DNA of 64,000 nt from a virus (IMGVR_UViG_3300049857_000028:7023-71022); one strand, 5' to 3'; positions 45,947 to 55,709 are shown, counted from the first letter of the stretch. Made by a program: numbers and translations. Notes: a model not told the origin generated them from the letters alone.

Positions 45947-47575
45947 TTAAGGCAACCCTGCCGCTGTTTCGATATAAGTAGCAATAATTTGGTTGGCGGC
46001 TGTAGTTGGATGGGTTTTATCTGCTTGATAATAAGTTCCATCACTCGTATCACTAAAAGCTGCATCTGGAGCAATATCCACAATAAAGGCTCCTGATGGC
46101 GGAGTCCAAGTTGTTATTAATGTGTTCAATGCTGCGGTTGCCGTATCGTAAGATCCAGCTCCAAACTTAGGTATAGTAAGAACATATACTTCATCAAAAC
46201 CATCTGCCAATGCTTTAGTTGTCATATCTTGGATATTTTGGAAAATGGTAGCATTTGATACCGCCGCTACAATATCATTTGTTCCTGAATATATGACTAA
46301 TCTAGAAGTTTTATCGTGGTATGAAATCCAATTAGCTGAATAATTCTTATTTACTCTATCCAAATTTTGTGTAGTTGTTTGACCTATGATAGCATCATTA
46401 TGAATTTCATAAGTCGAAAGTCCTAAATCTGCTCCGATTAAACTAGGCATAGAGGTTTGACCGTCTAAAACTGCTTGGGCTTCTGCTGTACGGGAATCTC
46501 CCATGAAAGCCCAACTATGCTTATAAGCGTATATATTTACTTGATCGTTTATGTAATGCCTAATATTTCTTTGTTTCACAAAATCTATAGCACTTTGAGT
46601 AGAACCGGCTAAGAATGCTACAGGTCCAAGTTGACCGTTTAAACGATAGGATGAAGTTTGCAGACCGCCTAAAATAATATTAGTGATACTATTTCCAAAA
46701 TTAGCTGCACTTCCAGTAGTACTTGCGGGAAGTAATTCTGCTCCATTAAAGTAGATTAAAGATTTCCCGTCTGTCTTATCCCATCTATGTTCTAATATAC
46801 CTAGAAAAGGTACTGAATTAGACGTATTAGATCTTGTTACTAATGTGCCAGATGGCTTACCACTGAAAGCCAAAGTTTGAGTTCCAGTCATGTAAGCTTC
46901 TATACCAGTATTTATAGTAGCCGTACCTAATTGATAGAAACCTAATGTCCCATCATCCGCATCAACATGAACAGCGAATACAGAAACGAAATGTCCTTGA
47001 GTCTGAAAATCTACTACTCCAGATGTTTTTTCAAGCATTTGGAGTGTACCTGAAAAATCAATAATAGGTTTACTATTAAAATTACTATCTGAGGATACAT
47101 AAGTTGGATAATTTGCAGTTGCTGTTAAAGTATGCCCATTTCCTGATAAATCTTCATAACTATTCACATTTACACCTGATGAATATCCAATAGTTGATCT
47201 AATAGGACTCCAATAGGAATGTAGACCTGCTCCTATATATTCTCTTGGGTCAGAATTTAAATACCATTCAATATTTAAGCTGGTGGAGACTGTACCGCCA
47301 GTTGGTAAATCTATTAGTTTAGTATTTGAGACTGTTTGTAAGGCTTCCCATGAAATATTTTTAGTATTAGAAGCTTCTTGTAAAGCTTCCCATTCTATCA
47401 TTTGAGTGTTAGAAGCTTCTTGTAGAGCTTCCCATTCAATTAATTGTGTATTAGCGGCTTCTTGTAAAGCTTCCCATTCAATTAATTGGGTATTAGAAAC
47501 AGACATAGGAGGGCTTGAAAATCCTCCATTTGTCGAGTTTAAACTCGATACACCTATAAAAATACCAAATCTCAC
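45947..47575 (-). CDS. Putative head spike/fibre with W-repeats, LamG-like region and SGNH hydrolase domain
   Basis: GDSRT, SGTND and DKTHP SGNH blocks; 14-aa EWEALQ repeats. Confidence 0.7.
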   Translation of the reverse strand: MRFGIFIGVSSLNSTNGGFSSPPMSVSNTQLIEWEALQEAANTQLIEWEALQEASNTQMIEWEALQEASNTKNISWEALQTVSNTKLIDLPTGGTVSTSLNIEWYLNSDPREYIGAGLHSYWSPIRSTIGYSSGVNVNSYEDLSGNGHTLTATANYPTYVSSDSNFNSKPIIDFSGTLQMLEKTSGVVDFQTQGHFVSVFAVHVDADDGTLGFYQLGTATINTGIEAYMTGTQTLAFSGKPSGTLVTRSNTSNSVPFLGILEHRWDKTDGKSLIYFNGAELLPASTTGSAANFGNSITNIILGGLQTSSYRLNGQLGPVAFLAGSTQSAIDFVKQRNIRHYINDQVNIYAYKHSWAFMGDSRTAEAQAVLDGQTSMPSLIGADLGLSTYEIHNDAIIGQTTTQNLDRVNKNYSANWISYHDKTSRLVIYSGTNDIVAAVSNATIFQNIQDMTTKALADGFDEVYVLTIPKFGAGSYDTATAALNTLITTWTPPSGAFIVDIAPDAAFSDTSDGTYYQADKTHPTTAANQIIATYIETAAGLP

Positions 47576-47578
47576 TTA

Positions 47579-47818
47579 TTATAGAACTCCAACAATATCT
47601 GTAGCAGTTGTGCCTGTTGAATATATTCTTTTCGCTCCAATAGGGTGAATCACTCCAGCAACTAAGGCTTTTAAAGTAACAGTGTTCCCTGCAAAATCAT
47701 CTAATTTTAGGTCGCCTGAAACACCTACTAAAACTCCTCTAACAGGATTTGGTAAATCTGCACCATCGTTTGGGGTAATATCAGCATATTCTAAAGCTGG
47801 TGAATCTGATCTAGACAT
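47579..47818 (-). CDS. Head spike base protein (RcGTA Rcc01079-like)
   Basis: ITPNDGADLP..RGVLVG..GD...G.TVT...GVIHPI..KRIYSTGTTA matches the family pattern from memory. Confidence 0.75.
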   Translation of the reverse strand: MSRSDSPALEYADITPNDGADLPNPVRGVLVGVSGDLKLDDFAGNTVTLKALVAGVIHPIGAKRIYSTGTTATDIVGVL

Positions 47819-47819
47819 T

Positions 47820-49340
47820 CTATTTCCTCATTTCTCTATTCACACCATTTGGTTTCTCTCCTTGCATAGCAGGTTTAGACATTCCGGGGGTTTTAAAACC
47901 TGAATTACCGCCAAAAGCAAGGTTCATGGGATCTTCCACAATTTGGGCAAAATCAAATTTGTCAATTTCTTTCTTAATTTCATCTTTGACTTCTTGATTT
48001 TGATCTTCTAGATAATAATCGATTAATCTTTTTTCCATTTCTTTATTAAAGGTTTCAGAATGAATATTAATAGCTCTAAGTTGTAAAATCTGAGCTAATT
48101 TCTCAGTTGTTGAATCGTTATCAAATGTACTAAAGCCAGATACATCCCATTCAATGGATTCTTTTCGAGCTTCACTTACCCAAGCTAATATATTCTGCAT
48201 TCCATCTCTGATGATATCCCCAAATGCCCGAAGAACAACTTCGGTTGCATATCTATCTTCCTGTTTAGAATTTCCACTCTGCCGAGTTTGGGATTTGGTT
48301 TGTTTAATAGATAAAGATAGCTGGTGGACAACTCTAAACATTTCATCTTTGAGCATTTCACGGCGTTTTAAGCCGACTTCCATCATTTTACCTTCTGGCT
48401 CACTCCATTCAAAAGATTCGTCAACATCAAGTTTGATAAAGTAAGATTCGCCCATTTTCTGTTTGAAATCTTTGCCTTCTCTTAATTTGATTACAGGCAT
48501 AGAATAATGCCCTTGATACTCTTGCCAAGCGAGAGCATTATCTAAATTAAAAAGTTCTGTTTGAATAGAGCCTAGTTTATTCATAATCCAAAGTCCTTTT
48601 GGGACTTCGATAGAATAAATAGGAACTCTTCCGGGAAGGGAGTGTTTTCCACTCTCTACCAAGGTAGCTTCTTTTAGGTCGTCATCTTGAGGTACATCAG
48701 GATCTTCATCATACTGAAATAGCTGATATCCATCTTTTCCATAGATATACCATTTGTGTCTCTTAATTTCTTTGGAATTGAAAGATTCTTTAAATCGTTC
48801 TTCTGAATGGAATTTAACCCATTCAAAATTTCCTATATCATCTAATTGCCAGTCAATCATTTGTTTCTTATGAAAATTTACAAGATAAGCTCGTGTAAGA
48901 CCTAACTCATCTTCTTCCTTTTTACTTTGTGGAATTATATCGGCAGGAAGAGATGGGAAATCTACTAAAATATATGATTGCCGATAGATGAGAGTTTGGG
49001 TGAATACTTCCCTAAAAAAATCATTTATTTCAGTTCCTTTTAAATCGACATTACTAAGGAACTCATCATAGAAAGGGTTTTTATCTTTTTTCTGGCTAAT
49101 ATTAGCATTAAAAGCAAAAAGATTGGAGGAAAAATAATCAATAATAGGTCCAACATACCCAATGTAAAATGCCCGTGTTAGTCTTTCATTGTATAATTTT
49201 TGCGCTTCTGAGTGTCTTTTAGGCAAAAACAATACAACTTGCTTGAGGAATGCCTCTCCACCTTCGTACAAAAGTTCATACTTAGTTAAGAGTCCGGCAT
49301 CGTACTCAGGATGTTGGACTTTTAATTCTTTAACTTTCAT
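47820..49340 (-). CDS. Portal protein (DUF4055-like)
   Basis: HPEY...YEGG...YLP-like LFLPK...YNERLTRA N-terminus; size and position. Confidence 0.85.
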   Translation of the reverse strand: MKVKELKVQHPEYDAGLLTKYELLYEGGEAFLKQVVLFLPKRHSEAQKLYNERLTRAFYIGYVGPIIDYFSSNLFAFNANISQKKDKNPFYDEFLSNVDLKGTEINDFFREVFTQTLIYRQSYILVDFPSLPADIIPQSKKEEDELGLTRAYLVNFHKKQMIDWQLDDIGNFEWVKFHSEERFKESFNSKEIKRHKWYIYGKDGYQLFQYDEDPDVPQDDDLKEATLVESGKHSLPGRVPIYSIEVPKGLWIMNKLGSIQTELFNLDNALAWQEYQGHYSMPVIKLREGKDFKQKMGESYFIKLDVDESFEWSEPEGKMMEVGLKRREMLKDEMFRVVHQLSLSIKQTKSQTRQSGNSKQEDRYATEVVLRAFGDIIRDGMQNILAWVSEARKESIEWDVSGFSTFDNDSTTEKLAQILQLRAINIHSETFNKEMEKRLIDYYLEDQNQEVKDEIKKEIDKFDFAQIVEDPMNLAFGGNSGFKTPGMSKPAMQGEKPNGVNREMRK

Positions 49341-49344
49341 CTAA

Positions 49345-49716
49345 CTAGGTTTTTAAGTAAAGTACTCGTAAAGGCATACTCGTGAGATTCGTAACACGTT
49401 GGGCATCTGCCTGAAGAACGGCTAGAGCATCCGCAGCGGTAGCTGCAAAAAGCGTGTTATAAAAAGGAGTTGCAGCGGTGGAACCGCCCATACGGACCTG
49501 TAAAGTATAGGGATAAACATAGTTAGCGCCTGAAATATCCTGACCTGAAAGAGCAACGTTGGTTACTGTTCCTAATTGCATTAAACCGGCGCAAGCCGCT
49601 CCGAAGATTCTGTTAATAGTGTTTTTAGCGATAGTATCTGCATCGCCTGAAGTTGCAGCATAGAATTCAAGATTGAATTCAAACTTCAATTCCGAGTCTG
49701 TATCATAATTGGGCAT
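49345..49716 (-). CDS. Hypothetical protein
   Basis: 123 aa with GAGGAG RBS. Confidence 0.6.
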   Translation of the reverse strand: MPNYDTDSELKFEFNLEFYAATSGDADTIAKNTINRIFGAACAGLMQLGTVTNVALSGQDISGANYVYPYTLQVRMGGSTAATPFYNTLFAATAADALAVLQADAQRVTNLTSMPLRVLYLKT

Positions 49717-49727
49717 TTATTTTCTCC

Positions 49728-50357
49728 TCAGAAGATCAATTCTTCACTAGAATAACCGGATTCTACTCCACTCTTAAAGTGTACCACATCTGTTGACTTA
49801 ATAGCAAGTGCTCCCGCCCATACAAAATCATCTGAACCTCTATCTGGATGCTTTAAAGTTCGAGGATCAAGTTCGTATAACTCCCGTCTAAAAATCTTAT
49901 GATACTGGTGATCGGGATTAAATTCGATTAATTTTTCCTGTAAAACAACTCTAAAAGCTTGTATCATATCCCTTTTAAGCGGTAAAGTAAAGATAACACC
50001 CTCAATCCTAGGGCCAAAATATTCCTGAAGATATTCAAAAACTGCTTTATGGGAGGTGATATCTACAGTTATTTTAGAGAAATGGTATCTCTTGTCCAGT
50101 TCGATAATTTCTCTAGCTTGGTTTAAATAAGTTACGTTTTTAATCCCATCTGGATTAATTGTCAGATCTCTTTTCATTCGGCATTTTAATGTAGGATTTG
50201 GATTGTCAATTGTAGGGGTTTCTTTTGCTAATACGAAAAAAGCACTTCTATCCGAAGTTTCAGCAGGGTCAAACCCCGCCCATACTCCCGGATGAGTAAG
50301 TTCGTCTCTCAAGTGAATTCTTAATTCGCTTGTTAAAGCTTTACTGAGACTGTCCAT
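49728..50357 (-). CDS. terL: Terminase large subunit, stand-alone C-terminal RNase H-like nuclease domain
   Basis: AGFDPAETSDRSAF, TVDIT, HPDRGSDDFVWAGALA. Confidence 0.8.
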   Translation of the reverse strand: MDSLSKALTSELRIHLRDELTHPGVWAGFDPAETSDRSAFFVLAKETPTIDNPNPTLKCRMKRDLTINPDGIKNVTYLNQAREIIELDKRYHFSKITVDITSHKAVFEYLQEYFGPRIEGVIFTLPLKRDMIQAFRVVLQEKLIEFNPDHQYHKIFRRELYELDPRTLKHPDRGSDDFVWAGALAIKSTDVVHFKSGVESGYSSEELIF

Positions 50358-51159
50358 TCATCTTTTCGGAATACCCTGCAAACATAATAGCAAAGGCACT
50401 CCCTCCACTTGTTCCAGACCATCTAACGGGGATATAATTTGATTCTACAAGAGCTCTAACGACTCCTATATGAGCTCCTGATCGGATACCTCCTCCTGAT
50501 AGAGCCATGCAAATTGGTGTAGGTTTATCATTATCTATTAACCCGAAATATTTTAATTGTTCCCTTGTTTGGAGGTATGCAAATTTTATCATCTCCTCTT
50601 TTTCAGATTTTTTTAAGCCAAATTCAACTGAAGATATATCAGATATCTGAGGGTAGAATGTACGAACCCTATCCCCATATAAAATTTTAGCAGTTTGATA
50701 ACTCTCAAAAGATTTAAACTCCCACGAATAGAATAATTTTTCAATCCGACCTTTTGGAGTTTTTCTATAAGGCATCATCAATTGACTTACAAAAATAGGG
50801 AGAGGATCGTTTTGCCACTGAGCTATGCAGGGGTTTTCGGATACCCCTCCGTCTATATACTCATCTTTATCTATAAAGCCGGGAATAGCTATAGATCGAG
50901 ATATAAGTTCTCCATATCCCGATTTTTTAAAATCTTCTAGAGAGTATATCTCTTCAATATCTCTTTTAGTATTTACACAATTGATCCAAACATTATCAAC
51001 AATTGGTAATCCAAGTTTATTAAACCATTTGATAAATCGTTCGGTTTTTAATTCGAAAAGTGTTGCTTGAGTCTTAAAAAGGCCCGGAAGTGAGAACAAA
51101 TTGGCAAAATTTGTCTCTAGAAAAACCTTCTCTACTTGGTCAATCACTTCCTTTTTCAT
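50341..51159 (-). CDS. Patatin-like phospholipase, circularly permuted
   Basis: DGG at mid-protein, while ALSGGGIRSG and SGTSGG lie in the last ~60 aa. Confidence 0.85.
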   Translation of the reverse strand: MKKEVIDQVEKVFLETNFANLFSLPGLFKTQATLFELKTERFIKWFNKLGLPIVDNVWINCVNTKRDIEEIYSLEDFKKSGYGELISRSIAIPGFIDKDEYIDGGVSENPCIAQWQNDPLPIFVSQLMMPYRKTPKGRIEKLFYSWEFKSFESYQTAKILYGDRVRTFYPQISDISSVEFGLKKSEKEEMIKFAYLQTREQLKYFGLIDNDKPTPICMALSGGGIRSGAHIGVVRALVESNYIPVRWSGTSGGSAFAIMFAGYSEKMNGQSQ

Positions 51160-52257
51160 CTAGATATCATACAAAACTTCTGAGTATACTTCGGAGACAT
51201 TCAGATAGCATGAAATAACTCCGCTATCCGGTAATTCGCTAATAGTATGCCCAGATCCCATATCAATACTTAAGTCAAGTTGAACCCCAAAACTTAAGAA
51301 AGGTTTAATCGGTGATGTAGTATGATATTGCTGATCTCCGTTTGTTGTAGTATTTAAATTACCTGAATTTACTATTTGATTTGCTGGTCCACCATAACCC
51401 ATCTTAACAACGGAGGCAGGTAGAGTTAGTCCTAAACCCCCATGTACAATAAAGCCCATATTTACTATTGTCATATCAGGAGGAATTACAATTGCCAATG
51501 TATCTACTTGATTTGATGGAGTTGTATTTGCTTTAATATAATCACCAGTAAATTTATATTTAATCCATCTGTTCAAACCTGCAACGTTTATACCCGTTAA
51601 ACCCGCAATATCAGAGGTATTTTGAGCGATATCTGAAGTGTTTTGAGCGATATCTGAAGTGTTTTGGGCTACATCCGCTATAACTTGATCTAAAGCCTCT
51701 CCTTGCAGTTCAATAAAATCATCTAATTGATCTTGAACATTTATAACGGATTCTTGAAGAAGACCATTTATATCTTGATTAATTTCAAAATCTGATCCCG
51801 AATTATCCATATTAGCTTCGGCAGTAATGCCAGATGCTTCAGACGCTCTACCTTCATTCACGATAAGGTCAGGAGAATCTACAATTTTAAATTCTTTAAT
51901 TTGAGATCCGTTTAAAAGAACTGATCTAGCTCTAACTTTATACACTCCAGCCTCTGCAAAAAGACTTGCCGGAAAGGTGTAGTAATATCTGGAATTATCT
52001 GGAGTATCTACAGTTGCTGAATGGACAGGTACTAATGAGCCTGATCCTTGAGAACCTGTTGAACCTGTTCCGGCTGCTAATGCCCCATGTAAAAGAGTGA
52101 ATTCTACATAATCAACATCTCCAGTTGATCCTGCAAAACTATTAGTTACGACTGCTTCTAAATCAGTTGTATTGGTATTTAAAAATGGAGATTCAGGGCC
52201 ACTTAGCTCAAGCGTAGTTGTACTTGTAGATTGTATAAGAGTAGGTAGTAATGACAT
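51160..52257 (-). CDS. Putative virion protein, paralog 1 (beta-sandwich, heptad coil, C-terminal domain)
   Basis: DVDYVEF, GVYKVRARS, DIAQNTS heptads. Confidence 0.6.
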   Translation of the reverse strand: MSLLPTLIQSTSTTTLELSGPESPFLNTNTTDLEAVVTNSFAGSTGDVDYVEFTLLHGALAAGTGSTGSQGSGSLVPVHSATVDTPDNSRYYYTFPASLFAEAGVYKVRARSVLLNGSQIKEFKIVDSPDLIVNEGRASEASGITAEANMDNSGSDFEINQDINGLLQESVINVQDQLDDFIELQGEALDQVIADVAQNTSDIAQNTSDIAQNTSDIAGLTGINVAGLNRWIKYKFTGDYIKANTTPSNQVDTLAIVIPPDMTIVNMGFIVHGGLGLTLPASVVKMGYGGPANQIVNSGNLNTTTNGDQQYHTTSPIKPFLSFGVQLDLSIDMGSGHTISELPDSGVISCYLNVSEVYSEVLYDI

Positions 52258-52268
52258 CTTCTTTATCC

Positions 52269-53297
52269 TTATTCTGGAATACTAAAACACATTCCAAGTC
52301 TTATACTCATTGTATCAGAGATATCTTCTAAATGTATTCCCACACCTGTTACGTTAACTATCAAAGGAACTGTCGGCCCAAATTCTAAAATTTCATTATT
52401 ATAGGTAAATCCGGTTAGGTTTGTATTTTTTAAGTCAAAATTTAAAATAGGGTAAGTTTCTACTAAAGAATTGTAAAAATCTACCGTTGTCGTTGTACTA
52501 GGGCCGGTGTCAAAACTAACAATCACTATAGTTAATCCAGATCGTCTAGGATTCCCTGCCCCATTTCCATACTCTTCGGGAGCATAGGAGAATTCAATTG
52601 TTCCATTCGTAGCGGTTGCGATATCCACACTAGCATCTGTTAAAGCAGTTTTTAATTGAGCTCCCGTTATAGTTACTTCTTTCCAGACAGGGACTCCAAA
52701 AGGAATAGAAGTATTAGTTTGCAAATCCGTAATATCACTTTGAATAGTAGTGATATCACTTTGAATAGTAGTGATATCTCCTTGAATATCTGAAATATCC
52801 GAATTAATATCGCTTAATTGAGCGCTAAATCCATCAAAATTGGCTTCAATAACATTTAAAAAATTATCTGGGAATATGTTATTCTCATCCGATTTATCCC
52901 TATCAAGCATAATGAAAGGTTCGGATTCACCAATAATAAAGTCTACTATTTTCCCTTCGAAATCTTCAGTTATAGCTCTGGCTCTAATTTTATACATTCC
53001 GGGGTTTTTATACCAGATATTATCTAAATTATTATCCCCTGTAGTAATTGAAACTTGATACCAACCTAAAGCGTGAGGATCAGTCAATTTCTGAGTATAT
53101 AAAGGGATTAAAAAACCTCTCTCAGGAAAGTTCGGATCATACACCGGACTATGAAGTACTTGAAATTCAACATAATCTACATCTACAGGATTATCTTCAA
53201 AGAAAGTGTAGATATCAAAGATAACGTTTTGAAAGTTATCTTTATAAAAAGGTATATCAGGTAATGCTACCTGTACATTACAAAAATCTACAGACAT
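52269..53297 (-). CDS. Putative virion protein, paralog 2
   Basis: DVDYVEF, GMYKIRARA, DITTIQS heptads. Confidence 0.6.
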   Translation of the reverse strand: MSVDFCNVQVALPDIPFYKDNFQNVIFDIYTFFEDNPVDVDYVEFQVLHSPVYDPNFPERGFLIPLYTQKLTDPHALGWYQVSITTGDNNLDNIWYKNPGMYKIRARAITEDFEGKIVDFIIGESEPFIMLDRDKSDENNIFPDNFLNVIEANFDGFSAQLSDINSDISDIQGDITTIQSDITTIQSDITDLQTNTSIPFGVPVWKEVTITGAQLKTALTDASVDIATATNGTIEFSYAPEEYGNGAGNPRRSGLTIVIVSFDTGPSTTTTVDFYNSLVETYPILNFDLKNTNLTGFTYNNEILEFGPTVPLIVNVTGVGIHLEDISDTMSIRLGMCFSIPE

Positions 53298-53371
53298 TTT
53301 AAATCCTTCTTATAATTTGAGCTGCAAAACTTAGTTTTAACCTAAGTAATGCAGCTCATTTTAAAATAATA

Positions 53372-54172
53372 TTAGAGGGAAGCGGGAACTACAACGGCCC
53401 ACATAACTTTAATCATTGTGGAATCCGCTAATTCAGAAACAGTATCTCCAGTACCCATATCGATTCTAAGATTCAAATCGGAATCGGAAGTAGGGAGGGG
53501 TACAAAAGAAGCGCTGTTTGCTACAGCAGCTACTGTATCAAGATCAGCAGAAGCTACCACATTACTTGCGCTTGAACCAGAACCTAGTTTAGCAACAGCG
53601 TCTGTATCAGCATCAGCTACTTCGATAGAAAGAGCTCCACCTAAGAGTACAGAGCCTTCAGCCAGATCAGCTAATTTCATGTTAGAAGCTTGTTGAGAAG
53701 CATCTGCTACATGAGCTTTAATCTGAGCTCCTGAGAGGGACATTGATTTCCAAACTACGCTACCTGAAGCAGCTTCATCGGAAAGTTCATTATTTGAATC
53801 AGCTTGATTTTTATCAAGAACAGAGAATTGAGCGGATTCAGCTAAAGCGAAACTAGATACAACAGGACCTGTTAAAGCTTCACCACGAACTCGGACTTGA
53901 TATCTTCCGGGTTCAGCAAAATCAGATGCGGGGAAGGTATGGGAATAATGGCCTGTAGAACTAGAAGTATCCTCAACACCTTGGGATTTAGCGATTAAAA
54001 GACCGCCTTCACCGCCAACAGCAGCGTAAAGAAGTTCAAAAACAACTCTATCCACATCGACATCGCTTCCTTCAAATTGAGAAACAGCCGAGACTGCTAG
54101 AGAAAGCATATTACTCTTGTATAGAGGACTAGGTAAACTAGATAGGGAAATGGAAAGTGAATCAATTGCCAT
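53372..54172 (-). CDS. Putative virion protein, paralog 3 (no coil)
   Basis: DVDRVVF, GRYQVRVRG, WKSMSLSGAQIK. Confidence 0.6.
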   Translation of the reverse strand: MAIDSLSISLSSLPSPLYKSNMLSLAVSAVSQFEGSDVDVDRVVFELLYAAVGGEGGLLIAKSQGVEDTSSSTGHYSHTFPASDFAEPGRYQVRVRGEALTGPVVSSFALAESAQFSVLDKNQADSNNELSDEAASGSVVWKSMSLSGAQIKAHVADASQQASNMKLADLAEGSVLLGGALSIEVADADTDAVAKLGSGSSASNVVASADLDTVAAVANSASFVPLPTSDSDLNLRIDMGTGDTVSELADSTMIKVMWAVVVPASL

Positions 54173-54186
54173 TTAAAAACTCCTTC

Positions 54187-54720
54187 TTAAATCGTGTCAC
54201 CAGTAATTTGCATTGTGTAATTGTTTGTTTGGGCCGTTGAACCGACGGAAACAGTTCTTTTAAATGCGATATGAACAGCATCTCCGGGGGCGATTGATGT
54301 TGGAAGAGCCAAACCTCCTCCGGGGATAGTTGCGAAAGTAATAGGTCCACCATCTGTTGGAGCCGTATTCTCATCAGCACCGGCAGTAATTGTACTATTT
54401 ACAGCGGCTGATACATAAGCTTGTAGAGCGTTATCACCAAAAGAAGATGCAGAAATTTTTAAAACAGCATTATCTAGAGTTGAACTTGAAGCATCGGCCA
54501 AAGGGCTATCCAATTTAACAGCGATTACACGATAATCCGCTGTTTGGCTAGTATCTACGTTACCGGCAGAGTGATTTGTACCTGTAATATTATCCCAGAG
54601 ATTGTTTAAACCTGACCCAATTTGAGTTGTGGATCTTACTCCACCTAAGGAAGCATAAGGGTTTGTATTCCCCGACCCACCCGTTAAATAAAATTTGATA
54701 TCGGATGTTTGAACTGCCAT
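54187..54720 (-). CDS. Conserved-type phage virion protein
   Basis: DIKFYLTGGSGNTNPYASLGG...NLWD..DYRVI; GGAGGAG RBS before MAVQTS. Confidence 0.6.
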   Translation of the reverse strand: MAVQTSDIKFYLTGGSGNTNPYASLGGVRSTTQIGSGLNNLWDNITGTNHSAGNVDTSQTADYRVIAVKLDSPLADASSSTLDNAVLKISASSFGDNALQAYVSAAVNSTITAGADENTAPTDGGPITFATIPGGGLALPTSIAPGDAVHIAFKRTVSVGSTAQTNNYTMQITGDTI

Positions 54721-54755
54721 TTTAATCTCCTCCAATTATTTAAATAATAACATAT

Positions 54756-55709
54756 TTAAAACCATTCGTCAAAGGTTCCGGTTGAACACGCATCTAATAA
54801 CGAATAAGGAAAAAGTGAATGACTTTCATCCACTGGAATGCACATATATTCTTCATTAAAGATCTCGATAGGTAAATCGTGTCTCAATTGATCTAAATCG
54901 GGAGGAGGGTTTACTGTAATTGGATATTTTAGTACTTTCCACCCTTTTACATTTTCCTCCGATAGCCTGTCTTGAGTGATATCATACCAATGATTTTTTC
55001 CTTTAAATGAGCTAAATAAAACAATTTTACCGCCTGTTCTAGATACGAAAGGGAAACAAGCAGCTTGCATTTCGGGCCAATTCGGCATTTTCGCTATCTC
55101 ATCCCCAATCAAAAGATCAGCAGTATAACCTGAAGCGGTATCCGGGTTAGCGGGGACGACGACAATACGGGACCCATTATTAAATTCTATTTCTTCAGCA
55201 TTTTCATGTTTTATTTGGAAATCCATCTCCAATCCGGGTTGGTCATATCTTTTTTTAACCGTACTCCAGTCTACTTCTAAACCACTTAAAGCTCCTAGTG
55301 TGGAAATCATAGATTTTGGGTCTATATTACCATCCTCTTCAGAATCAACATATAGCTTATTCTCGTTCTTTCCCACTCTCCTAAATATCTTTTTGATGGA
55401 AAAATTACGTTTAGTTAAAAGCTCTTTGACTTGCCTTTCCCCGGTAGAAATGATCAAAACCGTTTGATTAGGTATACATAAAGCCCACGATAGGGCTAAA
55501 ACAGCGATGCAAACTGATTTACCAATTTGCCGGGAAGCCACAACGGCTACTCGGCTGTAATACATCACGCATCTCAAAATTTCGCATTGGTAATCGAATA
55601 AACTAATCCCTAGTATGGATGTTGCGATTATAACTAAGGCGTTCCAAGATTCACTGGATAACAAATAAGGATCAGTTCGTTCGTTTACAAAATCTTTATA
55701 TAATTTCAC
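54756..55709 (-). CDS. terL: Terminase large subunit, stand-alone N-terminal ATPase domain
   Basis: ASRQIGKS (Walker A), LIGDE (Walker B), FSSFKG, and FNEEYMC at the end of the domain. Confidence 0.9.
   Translation of the reverse strand: MKLYKDFVNERTDPYLLSSESWNALVIIATSILGISLFDYQCEILRCVMYYSRVAVVASRQIGKSVCIAVLALSWALCIPNQTVLIISTGERQVKELLTKRNFSIKKIFRRVGKNENKLYVDSEEDGNIDPKSMISTLGALSGLEVDWSTVKKRYDQPGLEMDFQIKHENAEEIEFNNGSRIVVVPANPDTASGYTADLLIGDEIAKMPNWPEMQAACFPFVSRTGGKIVLFSSFKGKNHWYDITQDRLSEENVKGWKVLKYPITVNPPPDLDQLRHDLPIEIFNEEYMCIPVDESHSLFPYSLLDACSTGTFDEWF

Noticed and set aside
50357-54756. Group I intron or split intein rejoining the terL halves
   Set aside because: The gap is almost fully coding, leaving no room for a ribozyme core. 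The N-half ends CSTGTFDEWF with no Hint motifs, and the C-half has no HN-C/S/T junction.
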